Below, one piece after another: positions 10,622 through 21,081 of a stretch of 64,000 nt of DNA. A program made the translations under genes and the position numbers. The DNA comes from Desulfuromonadales bacterium. GTDB lineage: Bacteria > Desulfobacterota > Desulfuromonadia > Geobacterales > Geobacteraceae. The stretch covers positions 47,253 through 111,252 of the forward strand of contig RHLS01000006.1 in assembly GCA_003712145.1 (NCBI GenBank). The letters are read 5' to 3'. Position 1 is the stretch's first letter; each line of letters starts with the position of its first letter. The notes beneath the pieces are model-generated. The model was given only the letters and a program-made list of their open reading frames with translations, was not told where the DNA came from and searched no databases.

Positions 10622-13228
10622 CTAGAATTTCTCGAATTCGCGGTCGAGACCGTCATGGCCGTCCAGGTCCAGGTGGACGCCGGCATTCACGGCCGCTCTG
10701 CGCTCCTGGGGGTGATAGCCGTTGGCGTGGGCCTGGACCGCCTGCTTCTTCGGTGCCCGGGTGACGGGAGCCGCCCGCCGTGCCACAGCGGATGACGCAT
10801 CAACCCGGAAGAAGGCTATGGTGCTCTGGAGCTGCTCGGCCTGGGAAGAGAGCTCTTCGGCGGTGGAGGCCATCTCTTCGGCGGCGCTGGCGTTCTGCTG
10901 GATCACCTGGTCCAGTTGCTGGATCGCCTTGTTGATCTGCTCGGCGCCGGTGTCCTGCTCCTTGCTGGCGGCGCTGATCTCCTGCACCAACTCGGCGGTC
11001 CGCTGGATGTCGGGAAGGATCCGGGCCAGCATCTCGCCCGCCTTCTCGGCCACCTCCACGCTGGAGGCGGAGAGCTCGCTGATCTCGCCGGCAGCCTTCT
11101 GGCTCCGCTCGGCCAGCTTCCTCACCTCGGCGGCCACCACGGCGAACCCTTTGCCGTGCTCGCCGGCTCGCGCCGCCTCGATGGCCGCGTTCAGGGCCAG
11201 GAGGTTCGTCTGCCGGGCGATCTCTTCGATGATCGATATCTTTCCGGCGATCTCCTTCATGGCGGTCACCGTCTCGGCCACGGCCTTGCCACCATGCTTG
11301 GCGTCGTCGGCGGCCTTGAGGGCGATCTTCTCGGTCTGGATGGCGTTATCGGCGTTCTGCCGGATATTGGAGCTCATCTGCTCCATGCTGCTCGATGCCT
11401 CCTCGGCGGCGGCAGCCTGCTCGGTGGCACCCTGGCTCATCCCCTCGCTGCCGGAGCTCATCTCGCGGCTGCCGGCGGCCACATTGTCAGCGGCGGACTT
11501 CACGTCGGAGACCACCTCGGAGAGCTTCCTGACCATGGCGGAGAGGGCCTTCATCAGCTCATCGTTGTCGGAGCGCTGCCTGAGCTCAACGGTCAGATCG
11601 CCGGCGGCCACCTGCTGGGCCCCCTTGACGATGCCGTTTGTCGCTTCGATGAGGGCGTTCAGGTTCTGCTTGATGAGGTTGTACTGCCCCTTGTACTCCT
11701 TGGTGATGATCGCCGGCATGTCACCCTTGCTGATCTTGTCAACGTAGTCGGCGGTCACCAAGAGCGGCTCGACGATGTTGGTGACGGTGTCGTTGACCCC
11801 GGCCGCCAGCTGGTTCCAGCCCCCCACGAAGAGGGCCGCGTCGGCACGCTTGTCCAGTTGGCCATCGGCGGCAGCTTTGATGAGGATGTTTACCTGCTCC
11901 TCGAACTTCTTCAGGTTTGACCGTACCCCTTCGATGATTTCGTTGATGAACGCCTTCTTGCCCGGGAATTTCTCCAGTTCGGCGTCGAAGTTCCCCTTGC
12001 CGAACTCGGCCACGCACGCCATGGCCTTCTTCTTGACGCTGATGTGGCCGTTCACCATGTGATTGATCCCCTGGGCCATGATGCGATAGGATCCCTGGTA
12101 GTTGTCGGCGGGGATAGTGACGTCGATGTCGCCCAGATCGTGCATCTTCGACATCTCGTTCATGTCGGAGACAAGTCCGTTCAGGGTGTCGATGCACTGG
12201 TTCAGGTTGTTCTTGACCTCGTTGAAGTCGCCGTTGTAGCTGTCGGTGATCCGCGGCGGAATGTCCCCCTTGGAGATCCGGTCCACGTACTCGGCAGCCA
12301 CGTTCAGGGGGCCGATGACCGCATCCAGCGTGTCGTTGACCCCTTCCACGATCTTGCGGAAATCCCCCTGGTGCTTCGTGGCGTCGGCCCGGGTGGCGAG
12401 ACGGCCGGCCACGGCCGCTTCCGACAGGGCATTGGCATCGCCGATGAGCGCCTTGATGGCGTCTGCCATCTTGCTCATGGCCACCTGCAGCAACCCGGTT
12501 TCATCCTTGCCGGTTACGTCAAGGGCCACGTTGGTGTCGCCGGCGGCGATCTTCTCGGCCGCGGCCATGCAGGCGCCGAGCGGACGGGTTATGGATCGGG
12601 TCACAAAGAGCGCGACGACAAACGCCAGGACAATCGCCGCCACGAGCAGGCCGATCACCATGTTGCGCCCCGTGGCATAAGCCTGCATGGCGGAACTTCC
12701 CACCCCCTCGACCATCTTGTCCTGGAACTCCTGCAGCTTCTCCACGGACTTCATATAGTTGAGCTGCAGATTGCGATAGGAGCCCAGCAGCATGGTGGTC
12801 GCGGCGTCCCTCTTTCCGGACTGGATGAGGGAGATCAGCTGCTTCTGCTCCTCGCGGTAGGGAGCCCGGGCCTCCACCATCGCCTTGAGCAGCGCCTTCC
12901 CTTCCTCGCTCTGGATCGTTTTGGTCAGCTTGTCGATCCGGTCGTTCACCACCTCGCCGGCATCGGAGACGCGCTTCAACTCGTCCTGGATCTTCTGCTG
13001 ATCGGTGACGAGGAGGCAGTTACGGAGCGACCGGGCGACAATGTTCACCTGCTCGTTGATGTCATTCAGCCAGACTGCTTTTTTCCACTTGTCCTTGATC
13101 AGGTCCTCGACCTGGAGGTTTATCTGTCGCATGCTACTGATGCCGACGCCCCCCAGAACCACCATCAGCAGGAGTACCAATGCGAAACCGCCTCCCAACC
13201 GTGTTCCAATCTTCATGTTCTTGAACAT
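10622..13228 (-). CDS. Methyl-accepting chemotaxis protein (four-helix-bundle sensor, poly-HAMP, EFEKF tail)
   Basis: Two TMs; repeated GDF(N)E(V/I)KNNLN HAMP units; canonical signalling tip. Confidence 0.95.
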   Translation of the reverse strand: MFKNMKIGTRLGGGFALVLLLMVVLGGVGISSMRQINLQVEDLIKDKWKKAVWLNDINEQVNIVARSLRNCLLVTDQQKIQDELKRVSDAGEVVNDRIDKLTKTIQSEEGKALLKAMVEARAPYREEQKQLISLIQSGKRDAATTMLLGSYRNLQLNYMKSVEKLQEFQDKMVEGVGSSAMQAYATGRNMVIGLLVAAIVLAFVVALFVTRSITRPLGACMAAAEKIAAGDTNVALDVTGKDETGLLQVAMSKMADAIKALIGDANALSEAAVAGRLATRADATKHQGDFRKIVEGVNDTLDAVIGPLNVAAEYVDRISKGDIPPRITDSYNGDFNEVKNNLNQCIDTLNGLVSDMNEMSKMHDLGDIDVTIPADNYQGSYRIMAQGINHMVNGHISVKKKAMACVAEFGKGNFDAELEKFPGKKAFINEIIEGVRSNLKKFEEQVNILIKAAADGQLDKRADAALFVGGWNQLAAGVNDTVTNIVEPLLVTADYVDKISKGDMPAIITKEYKGQYNLIKQNLNALIEATNGIVKGAQQVAAGDLTVELRQRSDNDELMKALSAMVRKLSEVVSDVKSAADNVAAGSREMSSGSEGMSQGATEQAAAAEEASSSMEQMSSNIRQNADNAIQTEKIALKAADDAKHGGKAVAETVTAMKEIAGKISIIEEIARQTNLLALNAAIEAARAGEHGKGFAVVAAEVRKLAERSQKAAGEISELSASSVEVAEKAGEMLARILPDIQRTAELVQEISAASKEQDTGAEQINKAIQQLDQVIQQNASAAEEMASTAEELSSQAEQLQSTIAFFRVDASSAVARRAAPVTRAPKKQAVQAHANGYHPQERRAAVNAGVHLDLDGHDGLDREFEKF

Positions 13229-13454
13229 TTACCCTCCTCCTTGTGCTGAAAATTACCGGAAACAACCCGATGGAATCCCTCGTTCCGACCCGCGAAACCG
13301 CGAATATAATTGTCATGGAATAGTGATGCAATACACACCGCCACGTACGGATGCATACTTCCTCTTCGACCTGAATGAGGCACTATTCATAGGGGAATCC
13401 CCGATGATTGGGGAGCGTTTACCCTACACGATTTTTCATGAGAGATATCCAGAT

Positions 13455-13489
13455 AAAAAAACGCCGCGAGTGACATCGCGGCGTTTTTT
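13455..13489. terminator. Intrinsic terminator after the LuxR-family regulator
   Basis: AAAAAAACGCCGCGA-N6-TCGCGGCGTTTTTT. Confidence 0.75.
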
Positions 13490-13528
13490 CCCTACCTGCT
13501 GGAGGGGGAGGCACTGCGGGGAAAGGCA

Positions 13529-14179
13529 TCAGTCGAGGGTGGTGAGCCCCTCGCGGATGGCGTATTTGGTCAGCTCGGCAATGCTGGAGGTCTTCAGCTT
13601 CTTCATGATCTGGGAACGCTGGGTTTCGATGGTCTTGACGCTGACATCCAGGGTGAAGGCCACCTCCTTGGTGTTCTTTCCCTCGGCGATGAGCTGGAGC
13701 ACCTCCCGCTCGCGGGGGGAGAGGCGTGCAACAGGGGAAGCCGCGGTCCGGCCACGGCTTCCCAGAAAGTTCCTGACCACGACGCCGGCAATGCGGGGGC
13801 TCAGGTAGAAGCGGCCGGCCACCACCTCGCGAATGGCACCCACCAACTCGTCGAAGGCGCAGTCCTTGAGGAGGAAGCCCTGGGCACCGGCGGCCAGGGC
13901 TTCTTCGATGAAGCGGCGGTCGGAATGCATTGAGAGGGCAAGAACCCGCGGCCCGGGACATTCACTGACAATACGCCGGGTGGCATCGATGCCGTTCATC
14001 TCCGGCATGGTCAGATCCATGAGGATCACGTCGGGTGCAAGGTCCTTCGCATACTGGACCGCGTGCCTGCCGTTGTCGGCCTCGCCGATGACTTCCAAAT
14101 CGCTTTCCCTGGCCAGCAGGGACTTAAGCCCCTCCCGCATGATTTTATGGTCATCGACGATCAATACTCGAATACTCAC
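13529..14179 (-). CDS. NarL/LuxR-family response regulator
   Basis: Receiver plus LSPREREVLQLIAEG...TIETQRSQIMKKL HTH; GTG start after a GGGGAG RBS. Confidence 0.93.
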   Translation of the reverse strand: MSIRVLIVDDHKIMREGLKSLLARESDLEVIGEADNGRHAVQYAKDLAPDVILMDLTMPEMNGIDATRRIVSECPGPRVLALSMHSDRRFIEEALAAGAQGFLLKDCAFDELVGAIREVVAGRFYLSPRIAGVVVRNFLGSRGRTAASPVARLSPREREVLQLIAEGKNTKEVAFTLDVSVKTIETQRSQIMKKLKTSSIAELTKYAIREGLTTLD

Positions 14180-14246
14180 GCTGCTCCCCCGAAACTCCAC
14201 CGGATTATTCGCCAGGCGGGTACCATAGCTTTTTTGGCCACCATTT

Positions 14247-15794
14247 TCAATGCCCCTGGTGCCCTGCCCCGAGGGGCGCCACGACCGTGACCACCGCCCC
14301 CTGACCCGGACGGGAATCGATCACCACCTGCCCGCCCAGGTGCTCGATTCGCTGGCTGATATTGAAAAGGCCGAACCCCGCGCCGCTGCGTTTGCTGTCG
14401 GCAACGCGGGCCACGTCGAAGCCCTTGCCGTCGTCCGCGATGCGAAGGATCACGCGACGGTTGTTCCGGCGCACGCTCAGTTCCACCCGTCCGGCAAGGG
14501 CGTGCTTTGCCGTGTTGATGAGCACCTCCCGCGCCACCTGGAACAGGGTAACCTTCATCTCTTCCCCCAGGGGCTTGGGCTCGCCGTCGTCCTCATAGTC
14601 GACCCGGATGCCGTGTTCCTTCTGGAAGTTCTCGGCCAGCCACTCCAGGGCGGCCTCCAGCCCCACCTCATAGAGGAGCGGCGGACTGATCTCGAAGATG
14701 AGGGTACGGACGTCCTGGATCACCTGATCCAGAAGTTCGGTGAGTTCCGACAGGTTCCCGCCCCCCGTGCCGGCAAGATGCTCCCGCAGGCTGCCCGCCT
14801 TGATCTTGGCAAAGGCGAGGCTCTGGCCGATCTTGTCGTGGAGCCCCGTGGCCAGACGGCGCCGCTCCCGTTCCTCGGCGCGGGAAAGTTCGGCGGCAAG
14901 GTTACTGAGCTGCTCCTGGTACATGAGAAGGGTATTCTCGGCGTGACTCCGGTCCGTGATGTCCTCGCCGATGCTCATGGTGCCGGTTACCGTGCCGTCG
15001 AAATCCCTGAGGACGGTGTTGGTCCAGGAGATGAAGCGGCGCGCGCCGCTACGGGTCACGATGTCGTTCTGGAAGTGGGTCGGGATCCTGCCTTCTCGGA
15101 TAGATGCAAAAAACACCTTCCGGACCGTCACCTGATCAGGGGGGACGAAACGGTCGAACCAGTTGGCTCCGATGACCTCTGCGCGGCCCCATCCCACCAA
15201 CTCCAGGAAGAAATCGTTGCAGAACTCGACGGTGCCGTCCGTTCCGATCCGCACGGCGATGAGCCTGATGTTCTCGAAGGTCTCCCGGAAGCGCTTCTCC
15301 GAAACCCGCAGGGCCTGCTCCGTTGTGATCCGCTCGGTGATGTCGTAGCTGGAGCCGATGTAGCCGCCGAAGTTACCCTCAAGATCCTGGTAGGGGCGCC
15401 CGGTGGAAACGATCCAGCGATACTCGCCGTCATGGCGGCGGAAGCGGAACTCCGCCTCGAACGGCTGGCGGGCGCCATACGCCGCGTCTCTCCGGGCGCC
15501 GACACGCTCGAGGTCGGCGGGATGAATCAGGTTTACCCACCCGTCAGCAAGGGCCTCGTCGAGCTGCAAACCGGTGAACTGGAGCCACTCGCGGTTGACA
15601 TAGTCACACCTGCCGTCAACACCGGTCCGCCAGACGAGGGTCGGGAAATCGTCAAAGAGGCTCAACTGGAAATCCCGCGACCTGCGGAGCATCTCCTCGG
15701 CCTTGATTCTTCGCGCCACCTCCCGCCTGAGTTCAAGCCAGCGGCGGATATAGAGAATGGCGAGCGCCGCCGCCAGTATTGCTATCCCTGTCAT
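14247..15794 (-). CDS. PAS-PAS sensor histidine kinase (HisKA_3 type)
   Basis: Single N-terminal TM, two PAS/PAC domains, ERRRLATGLHDKIGQ H-box, DDGKGFD; cognate with the adjacent LuxR regulator. Confidence 0.92.
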   Translation of the reverse strand: MTGIAILAAALAILYIRRWLELRREVARRIKAEEMLRRSRDFQLSLFDDFPTLVWRTGVDGRCDYVNREWLQFTGLQLDEALADGWVNLIHPADLERVGARRDAAYGARQPFEAEFRFRRHDGEYRWIVSTGRPYQDLEGNFGGYIGSSYDITERITTEQALRVSEKRFRETFENIRLIAVRIGTDGTVEFCNDFFLELVGWGRAEVIGANWFDRFVPPDQVTVRKVFFASIREGRIPTHFQNDIVTRSGARRFISWTNTVLRDFDGTVTGTMSIGEDITDRSHAENTLLMYQEQLSNLAAELSRAEERERRRLATGLHDKIGQSLAFAKIKAGSLREHLAGTGGGNLSELTELLDQVIQDVRTLIFEISPPLLYEVGLEAALEWLAENFQKEHGIRVDYEDDGEPKPLGEEMKVTLFQVAREVLINTAKHALAGRVELSVRRNNRRVILRIADDGKGFDVARVADSKRSGAGFGLFNISQRIEHLGGQVVIDSRPGQGAVVTVVAPLGAGHQGH

Positions 15795-15857
15795 CCGATT
15801 GGCACTCCTGTGCTCGTGTGTCTCTGATTGCCCTGAAATCAGGAATCAACGAAGAAC

Positions 15858-16035
15858 CTGATTAGCACCAATCTTCCGCTAGCCTCGCCAAACATTCCCT
15901 CCCCCTTGACGGGGGAGGGTCAGGGTGGGGGTGAAAGAGCCATATATTCAGCCGGTTGAAACATCACCCACCCCCTTGCCCCCTCCCATCAAGGGAGGGG
16001 GATGACCTTGGTGGCGGAAAATTAGTGCTAATCAG
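15858..16035. mobile_element. MITE-like/REP-like palindromic element, about 180 bp
   Basis: 11-bp terminal inverted repeat CTGATTAGCAC/GTGCTAATCAG enclosing CCCTCCCCC..GGGGGAGGG hairpins; a related inverted copy is at 55079-55192. Confidence 0.65.
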
Positions 16036-16095
16036 CACGAAGAATAAGACAGCACGACGCACCATCGCAAGAGGATTGTCATCCTGGAGAAAAAC

Positions 16096-16127
16096 AAAAA
16101 GCCGCCGCGACGGAGGATCGCGGCGGC
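16096..16127 (-). terminator. Intrinsic terminator after cheA
   Basis: GCCGCCGCGA/TCGCGGCGGC stem with a T-run on the minus strand. Confidence 0.7.
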
Positions 16128-16152
16128 GGTGTGACGAACTGATGCGAGCAAA

Positions 16153-18264
16153 TCAGCGGGCCTGCTCCTCCCGCTCCACGTCGCGGACCAACTGGGGGAT
16201 GTCAAGGATGAGGGCCACGGAGCCGTCCCCCAGAATGGTGGCGCCGGAAAGCCCCTTCACATCCTTGTACATCTTGCCGAGAGATTTGATGACCGTCTGG
16301 TGCTCGCCGATGACGTTGTCCACCACGAACCCGACCCGGCTCCCCTGCACCTGGGTTATGACGATCTGCTCGATCTCGGGCGCTTCGCCGCGGATGGTGA
16401 AGCGCTCACGCAGCGGGATGTACGGGACGATCTGGTCCCGCACATTGGCCAGGTGCCGACCGTGGGCGCTCTTCACATCCTCCCGGGTCAGCTCCACACA
16501 CTCTTCCACGATGGAGAGGGGGAGGACGAAGCAGTCTTCGCCGATCTTCACCAGCAGGCTCTCGATAATGGCCAGGGTCAGCGGCAGCTTGATGGTAATA
16601 ACCGTCCCCTTCCCCCGCTCGCTCATGATGTCGATGGTGCCGCGCAGGGCGTCGATGGCCCGCTTCACCACGTCCATGCCGACCCCGCGCCCCGAGACGC
16701 TGGTGACCTTCTTGGCCGTGGAGAAGCCGGGGGCGAAGATCAGGTTGAAGATCTCCTTGTCCGACAGCTCCGCAGTGGCCGGGATGATCCCCCGTTCCAC
16801 CCCCTTGGTCCGGATCGCTTCCCTGTCGAGGCCGGCGCCGTCGTCGGTGATGGTTATGAGGACGCTGTCTCCCGAGTGGACCGCGGCCAGATGCACCGTC
16901 CCCTGCCGGGGCTTGCCGGCGGCGGCGCGCTCGTCGGGGAGTTCGATGCCATGGTCGATGCTGTTGCGGATGAGATGCACCAACGGATCGTTCAGCTTTT
17001 CGATGACCGTCTTGTCCAACTCCGTGTCGGCGCCGTCGGTGGTCATCTCGATATCCTTGCCCAGCTCCACCGACAGGTCACGCACCAGCCGCTTGAACTT
17101 GCTGAAGGTGGTGCCAATGGGGAGCATCCGGATGTTGAGGGCCGTGTCGCGCAGCTCGTTGGTGAGTCGCTCCACCTCCTCGGCGATGGCCACCAGCAGT
17201 GCGTCGCCACGGCCGGCGGCGGTCTGGGAGAGCCGCGCCTGGACCGTCACCATCTCGCCCACGAGGTTCACCAGGAGATCGAGCTTCTCCGCCGGCACCC
17301 GGATGCTGGAGGCGCTCTCCTGGGCCTGGCGCTCCTTGCGGACCTCCTTCACGTGCTGCTGCTCCGCAAGGGCCGACGCCACCTTCTCGGGGGTAACGAT
17401 CCCCTGCTCCACCAGCAGTTCGCCGAAGCGCTTCTGCCGTGCGAGGATATCTTGCATGTCCTGGCGGGTCAGGTCCCCCCGCTCGGTCAGGATGTAACCC
17501 AGCTTCTTGTAGTCGGTGTCGCAGTCCAGGATGCCGCCGTCGTCGATGACGTCGATCTTCAGCTCGCAGTCGTCCTCGATGAAGATGAAGACATCCCTGA
17601 TGGCGTCAACTCCCCGCCTTGTGGTGAGGATCACGTCCCAGAAGACATAGCAGTTCTCGGGGTTGATCTCCCCGAGTTCCGGCACGTTCGCCATCTGGGC
17701 CACCATGCGGCAGCTTCCCAGTTGCCGCAGCTCGGCCAGGAGCAGGAGCGGGTTGGTCCCGTTGCTGGTCACCTCGGGAGCCGGCACGAAACGGATCCGG
17801 TAGGTGATCGCCACCTCCCCCTTCGATCCTCCAGCGTCGGGCCTGCCCGTCGCCCCACCCGCCGCCGGGCTATTCTCTCCCCCTGCGGCGGCCGGCACGA
17901 GCCGCCGAAGCCCCGCGATGACATCCTCGGCCTCGCGCCCTTCCATCGGCTCGCCCCCGTCGGAGGAATCGAGCATCCCCTTGATCAGGTCCCGGGCCCG
18001 CAGGGTCAGGTTCACCAGATCACGGCTCACCCGGATCTGACCGTTGCGCACCTTGTCGAAGACCGTCTCCACCTCGTGGGTGAAGGTGGCGATGTCGTCA
18101 AACCCGAACATGGCCCCCGACCCCTTGATGGTGTGCATGGCCCGGAAGACCCGGCCGATGAGGTCCATGTCCTCCGGGTTCTCCTCCAGTTCCAGGAGGG
18201 AGGTTTCCAGCTCCGCCAGAAGTTCGTAGGCCTCTTCCTTGTATGCCTGTCTATGGGCGTCCAT
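16153..18264 (-). CDS. cheA: Chemotaxis histidine kinase CheA
   Basis: Hpt FRAMHTIKGS, dimerisation SIRVPAEKLD.LVNLVGE, NSIDHGIE, SGRGVGMDVV, C-terminal CheW domain; start overlaps the cheY stop (TGATG). Confidence 0.97.
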   Translation of the reverse strand: MDAHRQAYKEEAYELLAELETSLLELEENPEDMDLIGRVFRAMHTIKGSGAMFGFDDIATFTHEVETVFDKVRNGQIRVSRDLVNLTLRARDLIKGMLDSSDGGEPMEGREAEDVIAGLRRLVPAAAGGENSPAAGGATGRPDAGGSKGEVAITYRIRFVPAPEVTSNGTNPLLLLAELRQLGSCRMVAQMANVPELGEINPENCYVFWDVILTTRRGVDAIRDVFIFIEDDCELKIDVIDDGGILDCDTDYKKLGYILTERGDLTRQDMQDILARQKRFGELLVEQGIVTPEKVASALAEQQHVKEVRKERQAQESASSIRVPAEKLDLLVNLVGEMVTVQARLSQTAAGRGDALLVAIAEEVERLTNELRDTALNIRMLPIGTTFSKFKRLVRDLSVELGKDIEMTTDGADTELDKTVIEKLNDPLVHLIRNSIDHGIELPDERAAAGKPRQGTVHLAAVHSGDSVLITITDDGAGLDREAIRTKGVERGIIPATAELSDKEIFNLIFAPGFSTAKKVTSVSGRGVGMDVVKRAIDALRGTIDIMSERGKGTVITIKLPLTLAIIESLLVKIGEDCFVLPLSIVEECVELTREDVKSAHGRHLANVRDQIVPYIPLRERFTIRGEAPEIEQIVITQVQGSRVGFVVDNVIGEHQTVIKSLGKMYKDVKGLSGATILGDGSVALILDIPQLVRDVEREEQAR

Positions 18265-18629
18265 CAGCCGAGCACCTTTTTCACCACTGCCACGAGTTGC
18301 TCGGGCTTGAAGGGTTTCACGATCCAACCTGTGGCGCCGGCCGCCTTCCCCTCAGCCTTCTTCGAATCCTGGGACTCGGTGGTCAGCATGACGATGGGGG
18401 TGAACCGGTAGGCGGGGTTTGCCCTCACCCCCTTGATGAGCCCGATGCCGTCCAGGTTCGGCATGTTCAGGTCGGTGATCACCATATCCACCTTGTGGCC
18501 CGGCAGCTTTGCCAGGGCATCCTTGCCGTCCACCGCCTCCACCACGTCATAGCCATTTTGCTTGAGGGTGAAGCTGACCATCTGGCGCACGCTGGCGGAA
18601 TCGTCAACCGTCATGATTGTCTTGGCCAT
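18264..18629 (-). CDS. cheY: Chemotaxis response regulator CheY
   Basis: MAKTIMTVDDS...ITDLNMP...WIVKPF; start overlaps the STAS stop (TAATG). Confidence 0.95.
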   Translation of the reverse strand: MAKTIMTVDDSASVRQMVSFTLKQNGYDVVEAVDGKDALAKLPGHKVDMVITDLNMPNLDGIGLIKGVRANPAYRFTPIVMLTTESQDSKKAEGKAAGATGWIVKPFKPEQLVAVVKKVLG

Positions 18630-18982
18630 TACTCGCATCCTCCCATCCATATACAGGTTTTCGCCGCGTCCCTCACGCATCCCACATGCCGGCAGAAGCC
18701 CGCAAGATTAACCGCCTCGGCAAATGCAGGGTTCGCTACCCCTTCGAGGCCGAAAACCTTCTCCCGCGCGGCCGCCGTACGATGGGCCGAGCAGAGAAGC
18801 TGCAGCCCCGTAAGGTCAACGGTGCACACCTTCTCAACGTTCACGACAATCCTCCCGGCCACATCCAGCGCATCCAGGAGAGCGTCCCTGAATTCACCCG
18901 CGAAGGGAATGGTCAACTCCCCCTCCAGGCCGAGGCCAAACATCTCATCCGTCTGTGTCCGCTCTATTGTCAGTCCGTCCAT
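18629..18982 (-). CDS. STAS-domain protein of the chemotaxis operon
   Basis: LEGELTI...VDLTGLQLLCSAHRTA STAS pattern; start reassigned to ATG 18982. Confidence 0.88.
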   Translation of the reverse strand: MDGLTIERTQTDEMFGLGLEGELTIPFAGEFRDALLDALDVAGRIVVNVEKVCTVDLTGLQLLCSAHRTAAAREKVFGLEGVANPAFAEAVNLAGFCRHVGCVRDAAKTCIWMGGCE

Positions 18983-19037
18983 TGTCTCTCCTGTCCGGGG
19001 CTTCGTCCAAAAGTCTTGCGGCCGCCGGTCCCCGTTT

Positions 19038-20921
19038 CTAGAACAATTCCACGTTGTCGCCAAAACCGTCATCGGACGCCGCAACCGCCGCGGGCGTGGC
19101 AAAACCCGCGGATGCCGCACCGGCCCGCTTCGCGCTTCCCCTACCGACGATGGTTTCGTGAACCTTCCGCTCGCTGTGCATGGTGTAGCGCTCGACAAGC
19201 TCCCGCAGCCGCCTCTCCTGCACACCTGCCGCCGCGGCTGGAACAAGGGGCCGCACCTCGCGCACCACTTCGTCCAACCCAGCAATAGCCTCACCGATTA
19301 CCCCGGCAACCGTCTGGTGAACGCCCACGGTACTTGTCGCTCCGTCGATGTCGCGGGAAAGGGCCTGGACCTCCCCGTCCATGGAGCCCAAGAGCGACAG
19401 CAGCTGCCCGTTCACCCCGCGCACCGAGCTGAGGAGCCCCTTGAGCTCCGCAATGAGACTGTTCACCTCCGTGGCAATGGTGCCGGCGGTGGCATCGAAC
19501 CCGCTACTCAGGCTCTCAGTCACTTCGGTGACCTTCCGCAGGGTGTCGGATACGGCACCCGTGCGGGCCCGGGCCTCCACCGAGAGGTGCTGGATCGCCT
19601 CGGCCAGGACGCCGAGAGCGGCTCCCCCCTCGCCGGTGTTTGCCGCTTTCACCTGGGAGTTGAGGGCGATCAGCTCGATCTCGGAACCGATCTCTTCAAT
19701 GGCGGTGACAAAGTCGGCGATATCCCGCACTGACGCCACCACCGATCCCATGGCCGAGACAAGGTTATGGTTGGCGGCGGCATTCTCTGAGAGCACCTCC
19801 GCCACCCGCCCCATGTCCCGCTCCATCTCGGCGAAGAAGGAGTCTCCCGCCCCGTCGGCTGTGCCGGCCATCTCACGGGTCTCGTCCGACATGCGGGTTT
19901 CTTTCCGGGCGATGGCGCGCAGGTTGTCCACGATCCTCTCCACGGCGGTGACCAGCTCATCACGGGCATGGCTGAGCTGGGCCACCTGGAGCCCGCAGAC
20001 GTCGGCCACCTCCGCCGCCGTGCTTGAGGGGTCGGCGCTCCTGTCACCGAGCAGCGCGCAGAGCTCGTCCATGGCCTCGCTCACATGCTCGATCTGCTGG
20101 CGGGTGATGTCGTGGAACTGGAGGGAGGTGACGACCTCGCCAATCCCCTCGGCCACTTCCGCCGAATGGCTGGAAACCAGTGCAGCGGCAGCGGAGCACC
20201 GGCCATGGATCCCGGTCAGGGTGGCGATGCTGTGCCTGGTCCGGTCGAGAATGAGACGGGCGTTGGCACGCTGTTCGGCTTCCAGGGTGGTTACCCGGGA
20301 CAGGGTCTCGCCGATCATGCGGGCGAGGGTTTCCTTCTCCCCAATGATGTCGGCCGACTTTTCCTTGATGGAAACCGAGAGACGCTCCACATCGTCGGCC
20401 AGGGTGGTGAATCCCGCCGCGCCCTCGCCCAGGCGGGCACTCTCGATCTTCACGGCAGTGCTCAACATGTGGAGGTTCTTGATGATCTTGCGGAAGCCGT
20501 CCAGGGAGTCGTCCACATGGTCGATGAACCCGAGGATCGTATCGAGGGTGCGGGTGCTCTCTTCGGTTTCCCTCTCGGCATGGCTCAGGTAGTCGGCAAT
20601 CCGGTCGAGGATCTCCTGGAGCGCGCCCATGTCGCGGCCGATCTCCTCACCCAGGATCAGGTCCGTCACCCTCCGGGACGTACGCTCGATCTCTCCGGCC
20701 CGGGCGTAGAAATCATGCAGCCTGGCACCGATGGCAAGGAACTCCTCCTCGGTGGAACCGTTCAGGAACTGGAGCCGCTCCCCCAGGGAAACGAGCATTC
20801 CGGACCACCCGCCGAACCTCTCCACCAGGGGATTGTCGGCGGCCTCGCTGGAGAATGCACCGGCCGGGCCTGCAGCCATGTCAGGCTTTTGTGTGAATTT
20901 ATGCAGAAAGGATAATTCCAC
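19038..20921 (-). CDS. Soluble chemoreceptor-like protein with two degenerate signalling tips
   Basis: No TM segments; two tip-like segments (AVKIESARLGEGAAGFTTLA and IALNSQVKAANTGEGGAALGVLA); C-terminal DNVELF. Confidence 0.8.
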   Translation of the reverse strand: MELSFLHKFTQKPDMAAGPAGAFSSEAADNPLVERFGGWSGMLVSLGERLQFLNGSTEEEFLAIGARLHDFYARAGEIERTSRRVTDLILGEEIGRDMGALQEILDRIADYLSHAERETEESTRTLDTILGFIDHVDDSLDGFRKIIKNLHMLSTAVKIESARLGEGAAGFTTLADDVERLSVSIKEKSADIIGEKETLARMIGETLSRVTTLEAEQRANARLILDRTRHSIATLTGIHGRCSAAAALVSSHSAEVAEGIGEVVTSLQFHDITRQQIEHVSEAMDELCALLGDRSADPSSTAAEVADVCGLQVAQLSHARDELVTAVERIVDNLRAIARKETRMSDETREMAGTADGAGDSFFAEMERDMGRVAEVLSENAAANHNLVSAMGSVVASVRDIADFVTAIEEIGSEIELIALNSQVKAANTGEGGAALGVLAEAIQHLSVEARARTGAVSDTLRKVTEVTESLSSGFDATAGTIATEVNSLIAELKGLLSSVRGVNGQLLSLLGSMDGEVQALSRDIDGATSTVGVHQTVAGVIGEAIAGLDEVVREVRPLVPAAAAGVQERRLRELVERYTMHSERKVHETIVGRGSAKRAGAASAGFATPAAVAASDDGFGDNVELF

Positions 20922-20992
20922 GGGATGGACTCCTCAATGACGGCAGATGGCTGATACACTGTGCACCAAGCGGGCACCATGTAGTGTTTACT

Positions 20993-21019
20993 GTATCGTC
21001 ACATCCGCACGATTCTTTA
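20993..21019 (-). promoter_or_regulatory. Sigma28-type promoter for the receptor-STAS-cheY-cheA operon
   Basis: Minus strand TAAA-N15-GACGATAC. Confidence 0.55.
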
Positions 21020-21081
21020 AAGAAACGATAGATCCATCAGGAATTCCCTGATCAGGTCCCTCCAAAAACGGGTGACTCTGG

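Noticed and set aside
11600-12450. Internal repeats in the long MCP
   Set aside because: Explained by tandem HAMP domains, not a DNA repeat element
13229-13450. Sigma54 promoter or c-di-GMP riboswitch upstream of the poly-HAMP MCP
   Set aside because: The TGGC...TTGC candidate has 11 rather than 10 nt between GG and GC, and no GEMM core (GGAAAC/CGCAAAGC) is recognisable
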